DNA from: an uncultured Chloroflexia bacterium
GTDB lineage: Bacteria; Chloroflexota; Limnocylindria; Limnocylindrales; CSP1-4
Reading direction: 5' to 3'
Length of the DNA: 64,000 bases
Assembly (NCBI GenBank): GCA_963748675.1
Contig: CAVVJX010000009.1
Coordinates: 336,054-400,053 of the forward strand
Below are positions 59,867 through 64,000 of this stretch, one piece after another (the first letter of the stretch is position 1; the number at the start of each line of letters is the position of its first letter). A program made the position numbers and the translations under genes. The notes beneath the pieces are model-generated. The model was not told the DNA's origin. It ran no database searches and worked only from the letters and a program-made list of their open reading frames with translations.

Positions 59867-60139
59867 CTGGCCTCCAGGTCGCGTCCAGCATAGGACGCCC
59901 GAGGCGCGGGAACTTCGTCCGCCCGACGGAAGTATCGACACCGGGATGCCGATCGCGTCCCGTCGGGCGTCCCGCACCCCCGACGCTGTGGTGAGACAGC
60001 TACGAGGCCAGGGCAACGAAGCGCCCGAAGCGACCGAGGTGAATCTCAGGCCCTTGATGTGATCTCGGTTCCTGGGGTCCTGTCGGCCCCTTCGGGCAAG
60101 AACTACGTTAGGCGGCGGGCCCGGGGCCGGTCAACGCGC

Positions 60140-60214
60140 TTATCCACGAACCTGCGAAACGCGCCGAATCCCTGTCCACGAACCCGGTCCACCTGTGGAT
60201 AACCCTGTGGACGA
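60140..60214. promoter_or_regulatory. Cluster of five DnaA-box-like 9-mers
   Basis: TTATCCACG 60140-48 (+), CTGTCCACG 60172-80 (+), CGGTCCACC 60185-93 (+), TGTGGATAA 60194-202 (a perfect TTATCCACA on the minus strand), TGTGGACGA 60206-14 (TCGTCCACA on the minus strand). The first two share the 10-mer TCCACGAACC. Confidence 0.5.
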
Positions 60215-60223
60215 ATGCCGCGC

Positions 60224-61243
60224 TCAGCCGCCCATCGCAAACATCTCGACCTTGGGCAGGTCGGAGGTGGACTGCGAGCGGAGCTCGGAATAGCGATCGT
60301 CGCGTACCCGCCACGCGTCCGAGAGGAACGCCACCAGCTCCTCGTCGGTCGATCCGTCGCGCAGGACCGCCCGGACGTCGCGACCCGCGACGGCGAACAG
60401 GCAGGTGTACAGCTTCCCGTCGGCCGACAGCCGCGCGCGCGTGCAGTCCCGGCAGAACGGGCGGGTGACCGACGAGATGATCCCGAACTCGCCGAGGCCG
60501 TCCAGGTAGGTCCACCGCCCCGCGACCTCGCCGCGGTAGCCCGGGTCCGCGGGCTCGGCCGGCCACACGCTGCCCACGATGTCGATCAGCTCCTGGGCCG
60601 GCACCACTTCGTCCAGCCGCCAGCCATTCGAGTGCCCGACATCCATGTATTCGATGAAGCGCAGGACTACGCCGGTCTCGCGCGCCCAGCGCGCCATGGG
60701 CACGACCGACGACTCGTTCACGCCGCGCCGAACCACCATGTTGACCTTGACCGGGGTCAGACCGGCCTCCAGGGCGGCATCCACGCCGTCCAGCACGCGC
60801 GCCACGGGGAAGTCGACCCCGTTCATCGCCCCGAACACCGCGTCGTCCAGCGAATCCAGGCTGACCGTCACCCGTCGGAGGCCCGCGTCCGCGAGGGGGC
60901 GGGCCAGCGTCCGGAGCGCCGCGCCGTTCGTCGTGAGCGTCAGGTCGAGCTCCCGGCCGTCCGGCGTCCGGAGCGCCGCCAACTCGCCGACGAGCGTCGG
61001 GAGCTCGCGCCGGACGAGCGGTTCGCCGCCCGTGATCCGCAGCTTCTCGACGCCCAGCAACACGAAGGCGCGAGCCGCGCGCTCGATCTCCTCGAAACTC
61101 AGGACCTGGTCCTTCGGCAGGAACGCGTAGTCCCGACCGAACACTTCCTTGGGCATGCAATAGGTGCAGCGGAAGTTGCACCGGTCCGTAACGGAGATGC
61201 GCAGGTCGTGGAGCGGCCGTCCGAGCGTATCGAGAGGTTCCAT
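60224..61243 (-). CDS. moaA: GTP 3',8-cyclase MoaA (radical SAM, molybdenum cofactor biosynthesis)
   Basis: LRISVTDRCNFRCTYCMP radical-SAM cluster motif. C-terminal CRDCTRARLSADGKLYTCLF second cluster. TACGAT (61252-61257, minus strand) is followed by N8 and ATG61243. Confidence 0.9.
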   Translation of the reverse strand: MEPLDTLGRPLHDLRISVTDRCNFRCTYCMPKEVFGRDYAFLPKDQVLSFEEIERAARAFVLLGVEKLRITGGEPLVRRELPTLVGELAALRTPDGRELDLTLTTNGAALRTLARPLADAGLRRVTVSLDSLDDAVFGAMNGVDFPVARVLDGVDAALEAGLTPVKVNMVVRRGVNESSVVPMARWARETGVVLRFIEYMDVGHSNGWRLDEVVPAQELIDIVGSVWPAEPADPGYRGEVAGRWTYLDGLGEFGIISSVTRPFCRDCTRARLSADGKLYTCLFAVAGRDVRAVLRDGSTDEELVAFLSDAWRVRDDRYSELRSQSTSDLPKVEMFAMGG

Positions 61244-61432
61244 GGCCGCCCATCGTACTCGCGACGACCGTTGCAGCCCCACAACACGTCCCGTCCACCA
61301 GCCGCCGAGAGTACGACCGGCGCAAGCCACTGGTACCTCTAGCGGACTCCACCGGACCAGACCCCGGAGGCACTATGCCGACACGCCCAGATACAACCCC
61401 AGACCCCAAAACCCGACAGAGGACCCCATCGC

Positions 61433-62911
61433 ATGGCCACGACCGATGCCAAGCCCGGTTTCCGTCTCCCGTGGAGCGCGGACCGAAACGAGTCCGAACC
61501 CCACGCCGAGGCTGCCGGAGAAGCGCCGGTCGGCGCAGCCGTCCCCACAGACCAGGAGATCGAGGCACCTGACATGATCGACGCAGCGCCTTCAGATACC
61601 GACCAGGCGGCAGCCGTCGACGACGGGCCGTCCGTGGACACGACGATCGAGGACAGCGCGCCGGTCGAAACGACCGCAGCCGCGCAGCCCCCGCCCGTCG
61701 AAGCGACCGAGGACTCGAACACGGGCCGCCAGCCCAGCAAGTTCATGGTCGACCTCACGCGCGCCATGCAGGGCGCCGCGGAGACCGCCAAGGCCGACAC
61801 GCTCGCGCGCTTCAGCGCCGATGCCAAGGCCCACATCGAGTCGATCCACGCGGCGACCGCGGTCGAAGCGACCGAGCTGCGCAAGCAGGCCGACGACGAC
61901 GTCGCGGCGATCCGCGATTGGTCCAAGGCCGAGATCGCCCGGATCCGCGAGGAGACCGACGAGCGCATCACCCACCGCAAGGCTCGTCTCGAGCGCGAGA
62001 TCGATGCCCACGCGGCCGATATCGAGGGACGCATCGAGCGCGTCCAGCGACGTGTCGACGCCTTCGAGGCCGAGATGGCCGAGTTCTTCCAGCGCCTCAT
62101 CGCCGAGGAGGACGCGACCCGCTTCGCAGCGATGGCCGCGAGCCTGCCCGAGCCGCCGCCCTGGGACGAGATGGCGAACGGCGAGTTCGTCACCACGACC
62201 GATCCCGTGCCCGCGGACGACATGTACGCGCAGATCGAGGGCGCACTCGCCGAGCAGGCGGTCGTCGTCGATCCGTGGCCCGACGCCCCGGCCGAGACGA
62301 CTGAGGCCGTCGCCGAGACGATCGACGCCCCCGAGTCCACCGACGAGGCAGCGACCGACGAGGCGCAGGCTACCGAGGCGGGGGTCGACGCGGAGGCCAC
62401 GACCGGCGATCAGCCGGCCGAGGACGCCGCCACGACTGAATCCGAGACCGAGGCTGAGGCCGAGGTCGACCCTCGCGTCGCCGCGCTGGGCCTGACGCCC
62501 GACTTCGATCAGGCGGAGGCCGAGGCCGCCGCCTTCACCCCCGAGGATGCTTCGACCGAGGAAGAGATCGCCGTGATCGGCGACGATGCCCTGGCCGCCC
62601 GCCTCGCGGGACTCGTGCCGGACGCCGACAGCGCCGCCACCGAGGCGCACACCACCCGCGTCGTCGTGACCGGCCTGGTCAGCGTCGCGAGCATCGCCGG
62701 CTTCAAGCGCCAGCTCTCCCGAGTCGCGGGCGTGCAGTCGGTCGGCGTTTCGTCCGGCCCCGACGGCGAGTTCCTCTTCGCCGTCGCTCACGACGCCGGC
62801 ATCGTCCTTCGGGACGCCGTCACCACTCTCCCCGGCTTTGGCGCTCGCGTCACCGCCGAGGCCGATGGCGAGCTCACCGTCACCGCCAAAGATCCTGAAG
62901 CCGAAGGCTGA
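61433..62911 (+). CDS. Acidic coiled-coil protein with a conserved-looking roughly 90-aa C-terminal domain (family not recognised)
   Basis: 492-aa ORF, very D/E/A/T-rich. Central heptad-like region (AKAHIESIHAATAVEATELRKQADDDVAAIRDWSKAEIARIREETDERITHRKARLEREIDAH...). C-terminal VVVTGLVSVASIAGFKRQLSRVAGVQSVGVSSGPDGEFLFAV. Confidence 0.55.
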   Translation: MATTDAKPGFRLPWSADRNESEPHAEAAGEAPVGAAVPTDQEIEAPDMIDAAPSDTDQAAAVDDGPSVDTTIEDSAPVETTAAAQPPPVEATEDSNTGRQPSKFMVDLTRAMQGAAETAKADTLARFSADAKAHIESIHAATAVEATELRKQADDDVAAIRDWSKAEIARIREETDERITHRKARLEREIDAHAADIEGRIERVQRRVDAFEAEMAEFFQRLIAEEDATRFAAMAASLPEPPPWDEMANGEFVTTTDPVPADDMYAQIEGALAEQAVVVDPWPDAPAETTEAVAETIDAPESTDEAATDEAQATEAGVDAEATTGDQPAEDAATTESETEAEAEVDPRVAALGLTPDFDQAEAEAAAFTPEDASTEEEIAVIGDDALAARLAGLVPDADSAATEAHTTRVVVTGLVSVASIAGFKRQLSRVAGVQSVGVSSGPDGEFLFAVAHDAGIVLRDAVTTLPGFGARVTAEADGELTVTAKDPEAEG

Positions 62912-62913
62912 CA

Positions 62914-64000
62914 GTGGCTCGACCAAGCGTCGCCGTATCGCTCCCGCCCGAGGAATCCGTCCCAGTCGCCGCGGAGCTTCGGGAGGCCGGCTTCACCGTC
63001 GTGACGGTGAGCCACCCCGATGAGCTCGAGGCCTTCCTGGCAGGCAACCGCGACGTCGCGGTCGCCATCCTCGATGGCGAGACCGATTTCGACCAGTCGC
63101 TCGAGTTCTACGGCCTGCTGCGCGACGGTGGCCGGGCGATCCCGGCACTCATGGTCGTGTCGCCCCGCACGCTCGACCGGTTGGGTTCCGGCGGCGCGGG
63201 CAGCGTCGAGGACGAATACTTCACCCGCCCCTACTCCGCCGAGTCCCTGCGCTGGCGAGTCGAGGCGATGTGCATCCGCAGCCAGACCATCGACGACGGC
63301 TCCGGGCCGATCCTGCAGAGTGGCCCGTTGGAGGCCGATGGCTGGTCGCACCCGGCAACGGTCATCGCGGTCTTCAACCCGAAGGGCGGCGTCGGCAAGA
63401 CGACGGTCGCCACGAACCTGGCCTCGGCGCTCCAGATGCGCAAGGGCCAGAACGTCCTCCTGGTGGACGCGGACACCGTGACCGGACACGTCACCACGTC
63501 GCTCGGCATGAACGAGGTCCGCACCGTCGTCGACAGCCTGCGCGACGAGCCCGATGGCGGCCCCGTCGAGACCCTCGCGGATCTCGCCGCTGCGCACTCC
63601 TCAGGCCTGCGCGTCGTGTCGCTGACGTCGTCGCCGCTGAACAACGAGATCCTCGAGCCGTCTCGCGTTACCGCGTTGATCAACGCCGCCCGTCGCGGCT
63701 TCGACTACATCGTCATCGATCTCCATCCCTCGTACGGCGCGCTCAACCAGGCGATCTTCGAGGTCGCCGACCGCATCCTCGTGCCGGTCACGCCGGACGT
63801 GCCCGCCATCCGCGCCGCCGTGCAGCTGGCGGATCTCGCGACCGAGCTCGGCCTCCGCGAGCGCCTCGCGCTGGTCATCAATCGAGCCAACAGCGGCGTG
63901 TCCGTCGCCGACATGGAGCGGACCGTCGGGATGCCGTCGCTGGCCCTGCTGCGCTCCGGCGGGCTGCTCTTCGTTCGCGCGGCGAACGAGGGCCGGACCG
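62914..64000 (+). CDS. CpaE/TadZ-like ATPase: REC-like N-domain plus ParA/MinD-type P-loop domain (3' partial, runs off the window)
   Basis: Not in the ORF track because it has no stop in the window. GTG62914 lies 3 nt after the upstream stop. Deviant Walker A VIAVFNPKGGVGKTTVATNLA. YIVIDLHPSY. LVINRANSG. Confidence 0.7.
   Translation, partial: MARPSVAVSLPPEESVPVAAELREAGFTVVTVSHPDELEAFLAGNRDVAVAILDGETDFDQSLEFYGLLRDGGRAIPALMVVSPRTLDRLGSGGAGSVEDEYFTRPYSAESLRWRVEAMCIRSQTIDDGSGPILQSGPLEADGWSHPATVIAVFNPKGGVGKTTVATNLASALQMRKGQNVLLVDADTVTGHVTTSLGMNEVRTVVDSLRDEPDGGPVETLADLAAAHSSGLRVVSLTSSPLNNEILEPSRVTALINAARRGFDYIVIDLHPSYGALNQAIFEVADRILVPVTPDVPAIRAAVQLADLATELGLRERLALVINRANSGVSVADMERTVGMPSLALLRSGGLLFVRAANEGRT

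Noticed and set aside
59867-60223. Calling the DnaA-box cluster the chromosomal origin (oriC)
   Set aside because: There are only five boxes in 75 bp, no adjacent AT-rich unwinding element, and no dnaA/dnaN/rpmH/gyrB in the window. GC skew cannot be evaluated from 64 kb by eye. I report it only as a DnaA-box-like cluster.
61244-61432. Moco riboswitch in the 190-bp region upstream of moaA
   Set aside because: A TACGAT hexamer sits 8 nt before the moaA ATG, which implies a leaderless or very short leader. I could not recognise the conserved Moco-motif elements by eye. An Rfam RF01055 scan of the minus strand would settle it.

Overview
High-GC (about 70% by eye) chromosomal segment with Actinomycetota- or Chloroflexota-like gene content. 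I recognise about 60 protein genes and no rRNA, tRNA, cas-associated CRISPR array, transposase, integrase or phage genes. The content is mostly housekeeping and accessory metabolism. It includes an Opp/Dpp-type peptide ABC importer, a DUF2975-XRE-ABC exporter operon, three DNA glycosylases (HhH-GPD, Tag, YcaQ/AlkZ-like), ThyX, PNP, MoaA, an aquaporin, SpoIID, a DEAD-box helicase, and a two-component operon whose sensor kinase is about 1820 aa with 6 GAF and 4 PAS domains. Three window-wide observations stand out. (1) Many genes have a TANNNT -10 hexamer 6-9 nt upstream of the start codon and no Shine-Dalgarno, a leaderless mRNA signature, and I used it to refine start calls. (2) Frame breaks are strongly clustered at about 19.1-21.6 kb and 48.9-56.8 kb, with single breaks near 2.67 and 59.6 kb, while about 27 kb in between has none. 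The broken genes still read as family-typical protein in alternating frames, so this looks like an indel-only assembly or polishing problem, although real decay cannot be excluded without reads. (3) Several structured non-coding elements are present: a cluster of five DnaA-box-like 9-mers, 50-bp-period direct repeats, 30-bp and 16-bp tandem repeats at convergent gene ends, and candidate operators for the WYL, MocR and XRE regulators. The best candidates for under-described biology are as follows. A translationally coupled HipA-like kinase plus DUF3037 pair. A GreA fused, or tightly coupled, to a roughly 200-aa GIY-YIG-like N-terminal domain. An acidic coiled-coil protein followed by a REC-like/ParA-MinD (CpaE-like) ATPase close to the DnaA-box cluster. 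A secreted protein with a caspase/gingipain-like His...Cys arrangement. All calls rest on reading the supplied translations and the sequence by eye; no searches were run.
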